Source: Podarcis muralis (taxonomy: Eukaryota). From it: a stretch of DNA of 64,000 bases. Location of the stretch: positions 26,164,001 through 26,228,000 of the forward strand of contig NC_135667.1 in the NCBI RefSeq assembly GCF_964188315.1, read 5' to 3'. The translations under genes and the position numbers were made by a program. The notes under the pieces were generated by a model. The model was not told where the DNA came from and did not search any database. It saw only the letters and a list, made by a program, of their open reading frames with translations. Shown in pieces: positions 12,865-24,735 of this stretch. Every line of letters starts with the position of its first letter. The stretch's first letter is position 1.

Positions 12865-13163
12865 TAATGTTAAAAATGTGTTATTAAAATGTGACACCAG
12901 AGGGTGCTGTAGAGCAGGGATCAGCCATCAATGAAAGAATGCATTGAGCACTATATAACATTATTTTTCATAACATATTTACAGATCAATGTAGTTCCAG
13001 CCTTGGTCAAAGGCCAGATCATTACGAATCAATCTGATTCAGTTCTGGCTTCGGATGAATCCTGTAGGGAACATATACTAGAACCTTTCACTTTTGCCTG
13101 CAAGTGATCCCTACCATACATGCAGTCTCTTGACTTCAGTTTGCTTGGAGATCAAAGTCCTGC

Positions 13164-13166
<3 letters not shown>

Positions 13167-13205
<39 letters not shown>
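13167..13205. repeat. (AC)n microsatellite
   Basis: Read directly. Confidence 0.95.
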
Positions 13206-13216
<11 letters not shown>

Positions 13217-13339
13217 GAATTTATATACCGCCCTGTACCCGGAGGTCTCTTTTATATTTAATATGTAAGGCACTCCATTAAAAAAGAAAGTAAAAGAAGA
13301 AACAAGGTATTCAGTCTTAAACTGCATGTATTTAAGCCA

Positions 13340-13640
13340 AGGTACTTTATTTATGCAGGCTTGCAGAGAGCTGCCTGCATCCCGAAGCCTGGGGCGCGCC
13401 GAGCAGTGTGCCCCAGGCTTCGGGCAGATATCCGCAAGCCTGGGGAGACCGGCGCGACTTTCCGCCAGGCTCCCTAGGCTTGCGGATAGCAGCCTGTTCT
13501 GGGGGCTGGGGTCGGGGGAAGCTTGGGCTTCCCCCGCCCCAGCCCCATGCCTGGGGGGGGGAAAATAATTTTTTTTCTTTATTCCCCCCCCCAAAAAAAA
13601 ACACACCTAGGTGCGCCCTATGGGGCGAAAAATATGGTAT
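13340..13640. mobile_element. GC-rich one-sided remnant of a Tc1/mariner-type MITE
   Basis: Ends ...ggtgcgccctatggggcgaaaaatatggta, resembling the TIR of Tc2/pogo-like MITEs; the other end was not found. Confidence 0.45.
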
Positions 13641-13973
13641 TTTTTAACTCCCTTCAAGATTTGTCCTCTTCAGCCAAGTTTATATTTTGAAAACTTAACT
13701 TCATTTTCCTGCTGCTTATCCCCAAGGAAAATATATATTAACCAGGTGAGAACTCCACAAAGAATTTACTTTCCCTTGATTAGACTACAGAAGATATTGT
13801 CAGTGCTATTCAGCTTTAAAGGTTCATTTTAAGTCATATATGTTTCTCTGCAGAAAGGTTTTATTTCAGATTGTGTGACGAATAGTAGATTTAATTAATT
13901 TCCTAACCATCATGTATTCAGTTTTCTTACAGGATATTTTGTGACTTTTAGTTGCTGTTACTAAAGGTATTGT

Positions 13974-14259
13974 CTTTGTCCATGGAGTTTTCTTGGCAGG
14001 GATACTAGAGTGGCTTGCCAGTTCCTCCTCCAGGTGGATCACGTTTGGTCAAAACTCTCCACTATGACCTGTTCATCTTGGGTGCCCTGCTCGGCGTAGT
14101 TCATAGCTTCTCTGAGTTATTCAAGCCCCTTTGCCATGGCAAGGCAGTGATCCATGAAGGGGAGTGATCCTGCGGGAGGCAGTAGAAGACAGAAGTGCCT
14201 GGCGTGCTCTGGTCCATGGGGTCACGAAGAGTAGGACACGACTAAACGACTAAACAACA
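13974..14259. mobile_element. Rearranged BovB/RTE insertion (inverted 5' end joined to the 3' end)
   Basis: 11-bp TSD aaaggtattgt (13963-13973 and 14260-14270). The 3' part is the BovB tail ...gtccatggggtcacgaagagtaggacacgactaaacgactaaacaacaa; the 5' part is antisense RTE 5' UTR. Confidence 0.8.
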
Positions 14260-14699
14260 AAAGGTATTGTGCTATTTTTACCTTTGGTTTCTTTTTAATG
14301 GGACAACATTTCCCTTTTTCTTTGTCAGAATTTTCATGTGAATTTTTTTTATATGTACTCAGATATTTAAAAGACATGGGGTATTATTGGCACCTTATAT
14401 GTGACTGTGGCTATTAAATTCTGCAAAGGGGATCAGCATTTTAAGAAACAGACAGTGGCTGGAATGGATATTACAAAAACGGCAGGTAAATCCCATAGGT
14501 GGCTTTGCATGGTCAAATTACATTTTTACTTTCACCATATGTACAAGTAGACAATGTCTAAAAGGAGCAGGTATCTATTTGGCTAAGTTCTCATAATGGG
14601 CAAAAAAGGGGGGATTAATTAAACTGAGTAACAGCAGTATAACTACAGATTGCAGTGAAGGACTTTTAAAACTGATGACCTTGAAATAATTTAGCAGTA

Positions 14700-14905
14700 G
14701 TAGTAGAACCCCACCCATATGACTGGGCTGCCCCAACCACTCTGGGCAGCTTTCAGCATATCCAAATAGTAATAAAAGAGTAAGTGTTTAAAACTTTCCT
14801 ATATAGGACTGCCTTCAGGTGTCTTCTAAAAGTTGTATAGTTACTTATCTCCTTGACATCTGATGGGAGGGCATTCCACAGGGAGGGTGCTACTACCAAG
14901 AAGGT
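14700..14905 (-). mobile_element. L2 LINE 3' fragment
   Basis: ccccaaccactctgggcagc ... gccttcaggtgtcttctaaaag ... gacatctgatgggagggcattccacaggg resembles the lacertid L2 3' end; the same tail occurs at 22023-22067. Confidence 0.65.
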
Positions 14906-15430
14906 TCAGTGGGATGCACTCCTAGGTAATTGTTGTATAGCATTATAGCCTGAATGCGTTTCCAATTTTCTATGCACAGAACTAGATGTCAGGTGGAAGA
15001 TGTCTAAAAATATAAGGGCCTCTGATTATGATCACAGAATCTTGGGAGTGGGGATTGGTAGTACTTGAGGTATTGCAGCCCTGAGCCATAGGTTTCGTGG
15101 CACATTTCTCTCCTTCTTTCCCATTTGAAACTGTGATCTATTTTAAAAAAATCTGTTCAATACCCATAAATGGATAAAGTATAGAGCTGAGTTATACACG
15201 AGCTTGTAGTGTGATGAGCAAAGATGACAGCCAGGACCATTAGAAGCCACGAGAAATAGCTGAGAAATATAGGAACCAGAGGCAGTGAAAAAGAAGCAGA
15301 GACTTCAGCCACTTAGACCAAAAGCTCTCAAGAAATACGTGTTGTGTGATATCAACTTGGTTAGGTGTGTTGCATTGAAAATAGCATTTCCTGTCATCAC
15401 AGTTACTTTTATCATTGCAGATGGTATCTG

Positions 15431-16369
15431 ATGAGAAAGATGTGGAGACAGAATTGGACATCAGTGAATGAATTCATTCTTCTTGGCTTCACCACTCACC
15501 CCATATTGCAGCAAGTCCTCTTGGTGCTCTGCTCAGCTGTAATTCTGGCTACCATGTTTGGGAACAGCCTCATCATCTACTTGGTGTGGGTTGACTCACG
15601 CCTTCATACAGCCATGTACTTTTTCATTGGTAACCTCTCTTTTCTAGACATGCTCTTCACAATCATTACTGTCCCTCAGATGCTTGTCCACCTGGCCTCT
15701 GGGATAAATATCATTACCTTCAGTAGATGCATGGCCCAACTCAACCTGACTCTGTCTTGTGGGATGACTGAGTGCTTCATCCTGGCTCTCATGGCATATG
15801 ACCGCTACGTGGCCATATGTCAACCACTGCGGTACCCAACCATCATGAGGATGCAAGTGTGTATCCAGATGGCAGGAGCCTGTTGGTTAGGTGGATTCTT
15901 CAATGCTGCAGCACTGACAGTTGTCACCATAAATTTTCCCTTCTGTGGGCCCAACCAGATCAACCATTTCTTTTGTGAGGAGCCTGCTGTGTTGCAGCTG
16001 GCTTGCATGGACACCTATATAGTAAAAGTCCTCATCTTTGCCCTGAGTGTCATTGTGCTCATTTTCCCTTTCACTTTTATAGTGATCTCTTACATCCACA
16101 TTGCCAGGGTGGTACTCAGCATGCACTCAGCAAGGGGACGGCAACAGGCTTTCTCCACCTGTGCTACCCACCTCACTGTTGTCACATTGTTCTACAGCAC
16201 CATTGGCTTCACCTACTTGCAGCCCCAGTCCAGCCATGTGGCTGACCAGGAAAAGAGAGCCTCAGTTTTCTATGCTCTGGTCTCTCCCATGCTGAACCCT
16301 ATCATTTATAGTCTGAGAAATAAAGACGTTAAAGGAGCTTTGGCCAAAGCAATGGGGAAAGTCAGCTGA
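15431..16369 (+). CDS. Olfactory receptor, family 2/13-like (OR2D-like); start 15431 or 15440
   Basis: Motifs LHTAMYFF, MAYDRY, NHFFCEEPAVL, QAFSTCATH and PMLNPIIYSLRNKDV. Acceptor ttgcag at 15420, so the track extension from 15365 is intronic. Confidence 0.95.
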   Translation: MRKMWRQNWTSVNEFILLGFTTHPILQQVLLVLCSAVILATMFGNSLIIYLVWVDSRLHTAMYFFIGNLSFLDMLFTIITVPQMLVHLASGINIITFSRCMAQLNLTLSCGMTECFILALMAYDRYVAICQPLRYPTIMRMQVCIQMAGACWLGGFFNAAALTVVTINFPFCGPNQINHFFCEEPAVLQLACMDTYIVKVLIFALSVIVLIFPFTFIVISYIHIARVVLSMHSARGRQQAFSTCATHLTVVTLFYSTIGFTYLQPQSSHVADQEKRASVFYALVSPMLNPIIYSLRNKDVKGALAKAMGKVS

Positions 16370-17357
16370 GTCTCTTCCATATTACAACTTGGAAGAGAGA
16401 TTATGCATTCAGTGTACAAGCCCCCTTAATCCAAACACTCCTGGAATTTATTCCATTTGATCCTCTCCCGGGAAACCACAAAATCTTTAAAGGGTATCTA
16501 CTATGCTCACTTCTTCAAACTCTGTTTTAATCTGCAGGTCTATACTACATATTTATTATAGTGAGTATTAGTCACCCTCTCCTTTGTCACCCGCGGGTCA
16601 TCCAATAACTGCCACTCTTTACAGAATGCAGGTCAGGGATGCTGGGTGCTGAGCACTGCATGAATTGGAAACTCTCCAGAGTCATCTCAATGAGCAGGAG
16701 GATCCCTCTTCTTCAAAAAATTATTAAAATTTAGACTAAGAAACAGGCGTGTTCTGGAAAGAAGGAGATAAAAAAGACCTGCTAAATAAATCAGTCACTG
16801 GGTGCCAAGGCTTTGATCTGAAAGGGTCTTTCATTGTTGTGCTTCAATTTAAGTGGGGTGAGCGGCTGTTTCTTTTTCTACATTTGCTATTTCATGATTT
16901 GGTGAGCTTCACTAAGAAAGAATCAATTATCTAAACGGAATGCAGGAGAAACTGTAAAACTAGAGAATTTGATGCTTGGCCGTGCGGTCCTCTGTGGAGA
17001 GCCCCAATTAGAACTGGCAAAACCAAGATCAGATATGTATGCGGCACGGGTTGAGAAAATGACACAGGCTGTGGCACAGGAGAAAAAGAAACTGCCTCCC
17101 CTCACAGGGAGCTGAAGACAATCGATGGATTATAATTGGGGCATATTTCACACACAAAACTGCATTTGCTTGCATGGATTATTGTTATATATGAATTAAT
17201 GTGAAAGTGAGGGTGAATCTTTGATCTTTGCAAGCTTCCTCTAGGGCCTGGGGCAGGAGCAAGCTTGAATTCTAGAGGAACCAAATAATTACTGATTGTG
17301 AAATATACCCTACGGCACTGCTTTTCTATGGAAGACTCATATTTGGAACATCAGCTT

Positions 17358-18105
17358 GTTGCGTGGCAAGACCCTCAAGCCAACCCCCCATTAGCATAAA
17401 GAAATTCACACAGACACAGACGTTTTGTTTAAGGTCATTGGGGAATTTTTTTGGCCACAACTTTATTGATTACAGGAAATGAGAGCAGTATTGGCTTAGG
17501 CATTGGCAAAAGACAATATCTGACTCCTGCCCCCTTTGCAGGAAGTCTGTAAGGGTAAACCACCCAAAGGGAGACTGCTTCGGGGGAACCCATCTGCATC
17601 TCCCCTGGTGTTCCCAGAGGCCTGGCATGGCCCTAGCCCCTCAAGTGAACTTCAGACAAGATCCAGGCCCTGGATTCCTTTAACAGAATACCCTTGAACC
17701 ATGGAGGGTCAGGTGATGGCCGACCACCCCTCCTCCACTCAACAATAAGCCAATGCCTAACCACCAAACCTTACAAAGTTGTGAAAATTGCTAAGAGGTA
17801 GGCAAAAACCAAGTGGCCCATGCCAATTCGCCAAATGGAAAAATTCATACCCGGTCCCCGACCCAAGACGGGCAACCAACTGAAGTCCAAAGCAAGGCCA
17901 AAGGATGGGTGGGTATTCAGCAGCATGAAGCAGGTGCTTGGCACACGTCACACTGCTGCTTTTATACATTCCCCCATAATCAGCTCTTCAAATTGATTGG
18001 GCAATAGCCCTGGGTGATCATGGTGCCACCCTGGCGTGAGGGTGATAGCTCTACCCACACCGGGGGGGGCAGGTTGAGGGCCTGCCCACAACCAGGGTCA
18101 ACTAT
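17358..18105 (-). mobile_element. DIRS/Ngaro-like solo repeat unit
   Basis: Shares gttaggcattgg, gttaaaggaatc, ccaatgcctaagccaatac and aataaagttgtggcc with the units at 31416 and 62741; about 750 bp. Family name is tentative. Confidence 0.55.
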
Positions 18106-18271
18106 TAAGATGATCCCACTTTAAAAAACTGAAAATTGCTGTGCCATAAATCTTATTAAATGAAGAAGAGCTGGAAGAGAGCCCAGAGCCCTTGAAGATA
18201 AGACTCTGGAATGAAGGGGGGGCACTGGAGGGGACTGCACTGAAAATCAATCGACGGATAACAACACAAAA

Positions 18272-18452
18272 CAGTGGCGTAGCGTGAGTTGTCAGCACCC
18301 GGGGCAAGGCAAGTAATTTGCGCCCCCTAACGCATGGATTTGCACCCCCAACCCGTGGATTTGCGCCCCCTAACCTGTGGATTTGCCCTAACCCCAGATG
18401 TTGCGCCCGGTGTGGCCGCCCCCCCCCCTGCACCCCCCACGCTACGCCACTG
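18272..18452. mobile_element. hAT-type MITE
   Basis: Perfect 15-bp TIR cagtggcgtagcgtg and perfect 8-bp TSD acacaaaa. Confidence 0.9.
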
Positions 18453-18837
18453 ACACAAAATAAAATGCCTCTTACATATGGGTTTGTTAAACACGATAGA
18501 AAGTCACATACCAGTGATTGTGAGGATACGACAATGGGTTAAGATCAGAATTATGAAACTGGGGGAAAACAACAGAGAAGGAAGCAGGAACAAGGGAAAG
18601 AATCTTTCTCCCAACAGCCAGAACATGGGAAGCCCTCTTAAAAAAATTAATTTGGAATGTATAATTGGCTTTATTGTTTGTATTATGATGTGGCAAGGTT
18701 TGATTTGTTATTAATTGGAATGTTATTAATTGAATATTAATAAAAAATATTTTATATAAAATTAGTCACTCTCTCCTTGGTAACTCTGCTAACTTTAGAT
18801 CTGGCTGGGAAATTATGGGTGATTTGGATCTGTAACA

Positions 18838-18895
18838 TAATTCTCAGTACTTCACTAATTCTCAGTACTTCACTAATTCTCAGTACTTCACTAAT
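18838..18895. repeat. Tandem repeat, 18 bp x3 (taattctcagtacttcac)
   Basis: Read directly; units are perfect. Confidence 0.95.
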
Positions 18896-19020
18896 CTACA
18901 GTTTGCACAATATTCAGGAAAGTCAAGATCAAGGCAGTGTGTTTATTTACTCGCTCACCCACAGTGCAATCCAACAATCTTTCCCTTAATATTGATGGCT
19001 ACTGAGTTCTTAGGATACTA

Positions 19021-19665
19021 TGTTGTCCCCTGTCAGCAGAGTGACATTGTTCTGATTGAACTACAACTCCCATCCACTCCCACCAGCAACGCCTCTGTGA
19101 GAAATGGCAACACATGAATAGTTAGAAAGACAGAGTCAGAGTTTACAGTTGAAAGTTGCAGTGATTTGAACCCAATATAAAGCAGCAAGTTGGGAGAAGA
19201 CAGAGGCAAGAGCAATGCCTGATGTCTGTTTGAATCCAAGGCTGTGGCTATGGGAGAAAAACAACCTTTTGGAGTGGCGATGCTGTGAATCCATCTGTCA
19301 CAGGCTGTATATATACTGTATATATACAGTATATACAGTGGTACCTCAGGTTAAGTACTTAATTCGTTCTGGAGGTCTGTTCTTAACCTGAAACTGTTCT
19401 TAACCTGAAGCACCACTTTAGCCGCTGCACTGCCAGAGCACGATTTCTGTTCTCATCCTGAAGCAAAGTTCTTAACCTGAAGCACTATTTCTGGGTTAGC
19501 GGAGTGTGTAACCTGAAGTGTATGTAACCTGAAGCGTATGTAACCCGAGGTACCACTTTATATGTAAATAAACCATATATAATAAAAACACCACATTCTC
19601 CACTGTGCCTCATTCCTGAAGGAAACATGAACCCTGGGTGTATTCCTGGAATCTTGCACCACGCA
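19021..19665 (+). mobile_element. Probable solo LTR interrupted by a MITE
   Basis: TG start, TATA-like aatataaag, gtaaataaacc/aataaa signals and CA end; boundaries approximate and no TSD found. Confidence 0.4.
19336..19558. mobile_element. Tc1/mariner (pogo/Tigger-like) MITE
   Basis: TIR cagtggtacctc(a/g)ggtta, TA flanks and internal taacctgaag repeats; same family as 36960, 37401 and 40218. Confidence 0.88.
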
Positions 19666-19997
19666 TTGCTTATATCAAGTCCGATTTTGGGTGAAAGATT
19701 TCTGCCTGTATTGCAAAGGGTTGGACCACATGAGCCTTGTGCTTCCTTCCAGCTTACAATTCTATGATTCTATTATATCAACATCATGCTTTCCAATGAG
19801 TTCAGATGTTAACATTCAATTGCCAGTCATTGTGTGGACTCATTAAGAGTTGTGCATGTATATGTAAATCAGTCCCCAACCTCCCAAAGGCAAGAGCAGA
19901 TAGAGCTTATATTTGACTTTGAACTTGTATCAGTTAAATATCTGATAACCATTGTACATATTTTAATGCTGCTATATAAATTTTTACAAATGGTTCT

Positions 19998-20939
19998 TTA
20001 GCTTTCCGTGGGGACGTTTTTCCTTACTGCTTTAGCCAAGGCTCCTTTGACTTCCTTGTTCCTTAAACTATAGATGATAGGATTAAGCATTGGAGTGACC
20101 ACGGCATATACGAAAGCCAACATCTTGTCTTGGTTGGGTGAAGTGTTTGTTCTGGGGTTCATATAAGCAAATGCAGCTGTTCCATAGCAGAAGGTGACGA
20201 CAGTCAGGTGAGAGGAACATGTGGAGAAGGCTCTGTGCCGACCTTCTGAAGAGTGGATGCGTAGGATAGCACGGATTATATACACGTAAGAAAGCATTAT
20301 CAAGATGCAGGGGATGAGTAGCACAATGACCCCTGCCACCATAAGCATGATCTCATTGATAAAGGTCTCAGAGCAAGCTAACTTGATAACACCCAGGACT
20401 TCACAAGCAAAGTGGTTGATGATGTTGAAAGTGCAGAAGTGAAGGCGCATGGTGAACCCAGTTTGGACTAGAGCATTGAGGAAGCCACCAATCCAGGAAG
20501 CTAGTGCCAACTGAATACACACTGTCCTATTCATGATGACTTTATAATGCAGGGGATAGCAAACAGCCACATATCTGTCATAAGCCATGGCTGCCAACAG
20601 GATAAACTCAATGCTGCCAAAGGTCAAAGAGATACAGAGCTGGGCCATGCATCTGTTGAAGGAGATGGTCTTTGGACTAATCAGGAAATGAACCAGCAGT
20701 TGAGGCACCACACTTGTTGTGTAGCAGATGTCCAAGAAAGAGAGATTGGTCAGGAAGAAGTACATTGGTGTGCTGAGCCGTTGGTCAATGCGGATGGCCA
20801 CAATGATCAGTGTGTTACCTGTCAGGGTGATGAAGTACATGGAGAGAACCACTGCAAAGAGGCACAAATTGGCGCCTCGATCGCTGGAGAATCCCACAAA
20901 TATGAACTCTTTGATACTAGTCTGGTTGCATTGTTCCAT
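19998..20939 (-). CDS. Olfactory receptor, family 2/13-like (313 aa from MEQCNQT)
   Basis: Motifs LSTPMYFFL, MAYDRY, NHFACEV, RAFSTCSSH and PMLNPIIYSLRNKEV. A tandem CAGCAG acceptor lies at 20958-20962 upstream of the ATG. Confidence 0.95.
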   Translation of the reverse strand: MEQCNQTSIKEFIFVGFSSDRGANLCLFAVVLSMYFITLTGNTLIIVAIRIDQRLSTPMYFFLTNLSFLDICYTTSVVPQLLVHFLISPKTISFNRCMAQLCISLTFGSIEFILLAAMAYDRYVAVCYPLHYKVIMNRTVCIQLALASWIGGFLNALVQTGFTMRLHFCTFNIINHFACEVLGVIKLACSETFINEIMLMVAGVIVLLIPCILIMLSYVYIIRAILRIHSSEGRHRAFSTCSSHLTVVTFCYGTAAFAYMNPRTNTSPNQDKMLAFVYAVVTPMLNPIIYSLRNKEVKGALAKAVRKNVPTES

Positions 20940-21994
20940 TATGCAGACAATGTATCTCTGCTGAAGGAAACAAATCAGAGGAAGTGGGAAGCATGAGTTA
21001 CACTTTGTGGTTTGAGGTGTCACAGTCCCTTTGCTCCTCATCTAAAAATTAATGATGGACATGGACATAACAATTTAGGAGCACTCTAGGTAAATGGAAA
21101 GCATTGTCACTGTGATGAAATGCTTGCAACAGTACCAGGAGAGTGTAGGAATGGGGGAGAAATTCATTTTGGTTCAATTCAGTGCACATCTTAATGAAAA
21201 CAGAGTTGAACTCATCTAATTTACGGTTCCGAAGACAACTTGTAAAAAGAAACACAGCTATCCTTCCAACACATCCCTGAATTTTGTAATGTATTCCTAC
21301 ATTCTACTTTTTAAAAAACAATGTATATGTCAGGGAAAACCATGCATAATTTAAAGCAAATAACACAAACGACCATAACAAAGAAAATGCATCTGAAATG
21401 TTTAAATTAGACAAAATGCCAATTTTAGGAGAAATTAGTACAAAAATGCTATTTTGGGGAAAACTTCCCACCCCCACCCCCCAAAAAGAAATGAAAACTA
21501 TTATGGAAATGTGGTGAGTTTAATTTCATTTTGAGAAAATTAGACATTCAGATTGATAGATTTGGTCATGCCTGATGAAGAGTTAATAATTGCAGGAAGG
21601 ACCATTTGCTTTTCATATGCTGCTAAATGGACAGCCCAGCAAGTTTCTCCAGTCTTATTGCCCATGATTAGAGTCTTTACAAACATGCAAATTTTAGATC
21701 AATACCCAAAATACAAATGAAATAGCTGTAAACAACACAGTAAGGAATTTTAAAAAACTAACAATAAAGAGAGAGAGAGAATGATGCATCTATTTAATGA
21801 TTAGTGTTATATGACAAGGGGGAAGTCTGTATGATGCCTAAGTCACTTCCCATTTACTGGGTCCTGTGCCCAGTAAGGGTTAAAAGCTGATGGGAGATTC
21901 CATTACTAACTGGGCAATGGTAAGGTAATGGCCATAGCTTGCCATTTAACCACCTTCATCAGCAACCCTTTCTCTAGACAATGGTTGTGAATCA

Positions 21995-22066
21995 CCATCT
22001 TTTACATTTTTGTATGTGCTGTAAGCCACCCAGAGTGGCTGGGGAAACCCTGCCAGATGGACAGGG

Positions 22067-22110
<44 letters not shown>
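21995..22110 (+). mobile_element. L2 3' tail with (ATA)n microsatellite
   Basis: gtaagccacccagagtggctggggaaaccctgccagatggacagggtat followed by (aat)n. Confidence 0.7.
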
Positions 22111-22111
<1 letters not shown>

Positions 22112-22609
22112 TAAAACATCACAGTCTTTGCTGTTCCTCGTTCCAAGGGAAGCGGACCCTTGTTAAGCCCCTTGTACCCTTGGAGTACATCATCTATCAG
22201 AGCCTGGGCTTGGGTGTAACAATCGAATGGACAAGGATGAGGAAAGGGGGGGTGTAAATATCAAAGTATCATTTCAGTAAAAACAAACACACACATGAAA
22301 TGAACTGTAGTCCAGAAAGGTTTATAACATAGGTAATTGGCTCAACCAATAATGGATACATCCATGAAAACTAAACCAATACCAACAGATGATTCAGCCA
22401 AGCTACATGAAGTGGGGAGCAGGAAGGGGGAATCATTACTGTGTCTGACCATTTTAGGAATAATGTTCTTTACTTGCCAACGCTGTCAGGCACCTCAGGT
22501 TCCCTCCATCTGAATTGGCAAAAAGTGCAACATAGGGGGGGAAAGAACTTTATTCCTGAAATTGCTCCTGTGAGGAACTACATAAACCTAGATGTGGAAC
22601 AGGAGCTAT

Positions 22610-22867
22610 GAATGAAAGAATGAATCTTTATTTGCACCAGCCATTGACTATAGCAATAAAACAACAATACGATATACAAAGAATAGAAATAAAAAGTCAA
22701 TTATATAAAATACATTTTAGAGTTTTGAATCAATAGCCGAATAGTTGATCTTATTCTGATTGCCCATCTAAAAACCTTGCAACGTTTGCTATCACCTGCT
22801 CATCTTGATCTGAGAAAGGACACTGTGGTAGTGGTTGGGCGACCTGGAATGGACAATAAAAGAGGGG
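22610..22867 (-). mobile_element. LINE 3' end, family unassigned, with long direct repeat flanks
   Basis: Minus strand has FLSDQDEQVIANVARFL-like ORF end, AT-rich UTR, aataaa and (ttca)n tail; flanked by a 30-bp direct repeat. Confidence 0.55.
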
Positions 22868-23748
22868 TGAGGAACTACTAAGCATATAGGTGCACATAAA
22901 CCTAGATGTGGAACAGGAACTATTGTTATTATTATTATTTTTTAAAAAAACACCAATACATAAGAATAAAGTTTCACTGGATAACCCCCATCTCTATCCC
23001 CACTCCTTACTTCATCTGGTGTGTATTGCTCCAGCAAATGGAAGTCTTGTAAGAAACATGGATTTTCCAAGAAGACACTGTAGACAATTATTGAGTTCAG
23101 GTTCAGCCTACAGTTCCAAATCCCCATTGGGCAATTAATCAAGACAACACTTTTTAAAGTTTTGAGGTTAGAGCTTTCATCATCCAAAGCCTTTGAAAAT
23201 AATTTGAGGCTGTACCAGTTTATCAGTTTCATAGGATCACTTGCAATATATGATGTAACCAGGTGATCCTCAACTAAGTCATGCACAAAGTAAACCCATT
23301 GACATCAATGGACTCCACAATACTATTTTGGTTCAATTCAAAATAAAGAAAGAAATGAGGCTTAGAAAAGGAAGGGCTTGGGGGTGGGGAGAAAGAGAGG
23401 CAGATCAGAGTGGGTAGGACTTTTTCAATTATGCAGTCTCCCTCGTGAAAGGTCGTGCAAGCACCCAAAGCAGTGATAGTTTTGATTCAGATAATAATAT
23501 TTATTTATTAATTTCATAAAAATTATAGACTGCTTGATTGTAAAAAACAAACACTCAAAATATTTTACAAAAGAAAAAAGAGAGAAATTACCGCTATACT
23601 TTAAAACATACAGAAGTTACAATACTGAAATAGATTTAAATTATATAACAAATATATAATTCCCACAGTACATGTGACAAGAGAAAGGATTTAGAAAATC
23701 AAGAGAAAAACACACACATCACAATCCTCCGGCAGGATGCTCAAGTTT

Positions 23749-24735
23749 TCACCCTAATTTAAAAACATTATTTTGGAATTTCTGGGGCATTAAGCTATGA
23801 GTCAGTCTGCCAACAGACCTCCTAAAAGACTCTTTCACTTCTCTGTTCCTGAGACTGTATATCAGTGGATTGACCAGAGGGGTCAGAATGGTGTAAAAAG
23901 CAGAGAAGACTTTGTTTAGCTTTCTCATATTTTCAGTATTGGGCAGCACATAGACTATGATTAGGGTGCCATAATAAATTGTAACCACGGCAAGGTGAGA
24001 TGAGCATGTGGAGAAGGCCTTTTTCCTTCCAGTAGCAGATGGGATTCTCAGGATAGTGGTGATGATGAACATATATGATGTCAAAGTCAATAGAAAAGGA
24101 GGAAGGATGTAAATGACTGAAAATATGAAACCCATCAATTCAAATTTTTGTGCCTCAGTGCAAGCAATTCTTGCTACTGGGGTAAAGTCACAAAAGAAAT
24201 GTTCAATTTCATTGGGGCCGCAGAACGTCAACCGTGTCATTGGGTACATCATTATTGACATTGCTAGAAACCCATTAATCCAAGACCCAGCTGCCATGCG
24301 AAGGCAGAGCCTGTTGTTCATTAGGGTTGCATAATGCAGGGGCTTACATATTGCTATGTATCTGTCATAAGACATCATAGCTAGGAGACTGCATTCAGTA
24401 ACGATCAGAGAACTAAAGAAATAGAATTGTGTGATGCAGCCAGGGATGGAAATAGCTCTGTCTGCAGTCAGGGAACTGACAAGGACCTTGGGCAAGATGG
24501 TTGAACTGTAGAAGGTCTCCAAGCAAGACAGGTTAGCAAGGAAAAAGTACATAGGAGTGTGAAGGTTGTGGTTTGTCACAACTAATCCAACAATGAGGAT
24601 GTTTCCAGTCATTGTAAGGATGTATATAGTTAGAAACAAGATGAAGAGGACAATCTGTAGGTCTTGAAAATCCCCAAATCCCTGGAGAATCAATTCTGTG
24701 ATGATGGTTTGATTTCTCCCTTCTGCCATTGCCAT
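23749..24735 (-). CDS. Olfactory receptor, OR11A-like, paralog A (328 aa)
   Basis: Intact ORF with [38 protein letters not shown] and LNKVFS, which are family 11-type features. Confidence 0.95.
   Translation of the reverse strand: MAMAEGRNQTIITELILQGFGDFQDLQIVLFILFLTIYILTMTGNILIVGLVVTNHNLHTPMYFFLANLSCLETFYSSTILPKVLVSSLTADRAISIPGCITQFYFFSSLIVTECSLLAMMSYDRYIAICKPLHYATLMNNRLCLRMAAGSWINGFLAMSIMMYPMTRLTFCGPNEIEHFFCDFTPVARIACTEAQKFELMGFIFSVIYILPPFLLTLTSYMFIITTILRIPSATGRKKAFSTCSSHLAVVTIYYGTLIIVYVLPNTENMRKLNKVFSAFYTILTPLVNPLIYSLRNREVKESFRRSVGRLTHSLMPQKFQNNVFKLG

Noticed and set aside
16560-17110. Possible LINE 5' UTR/ORF1 remnant on the minus strand
   Set aside because: I found no diagnostic protein motif, so it could not be supported without a search.
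20547-20996. 149-aa ORF antisense to an OR, and similar shadows at 15644, 28845, 36093, 42683 and 48705
   Set aside because: These are opposite-strand or alternate-frame by-products of OR codon usage with no recognisable domain.
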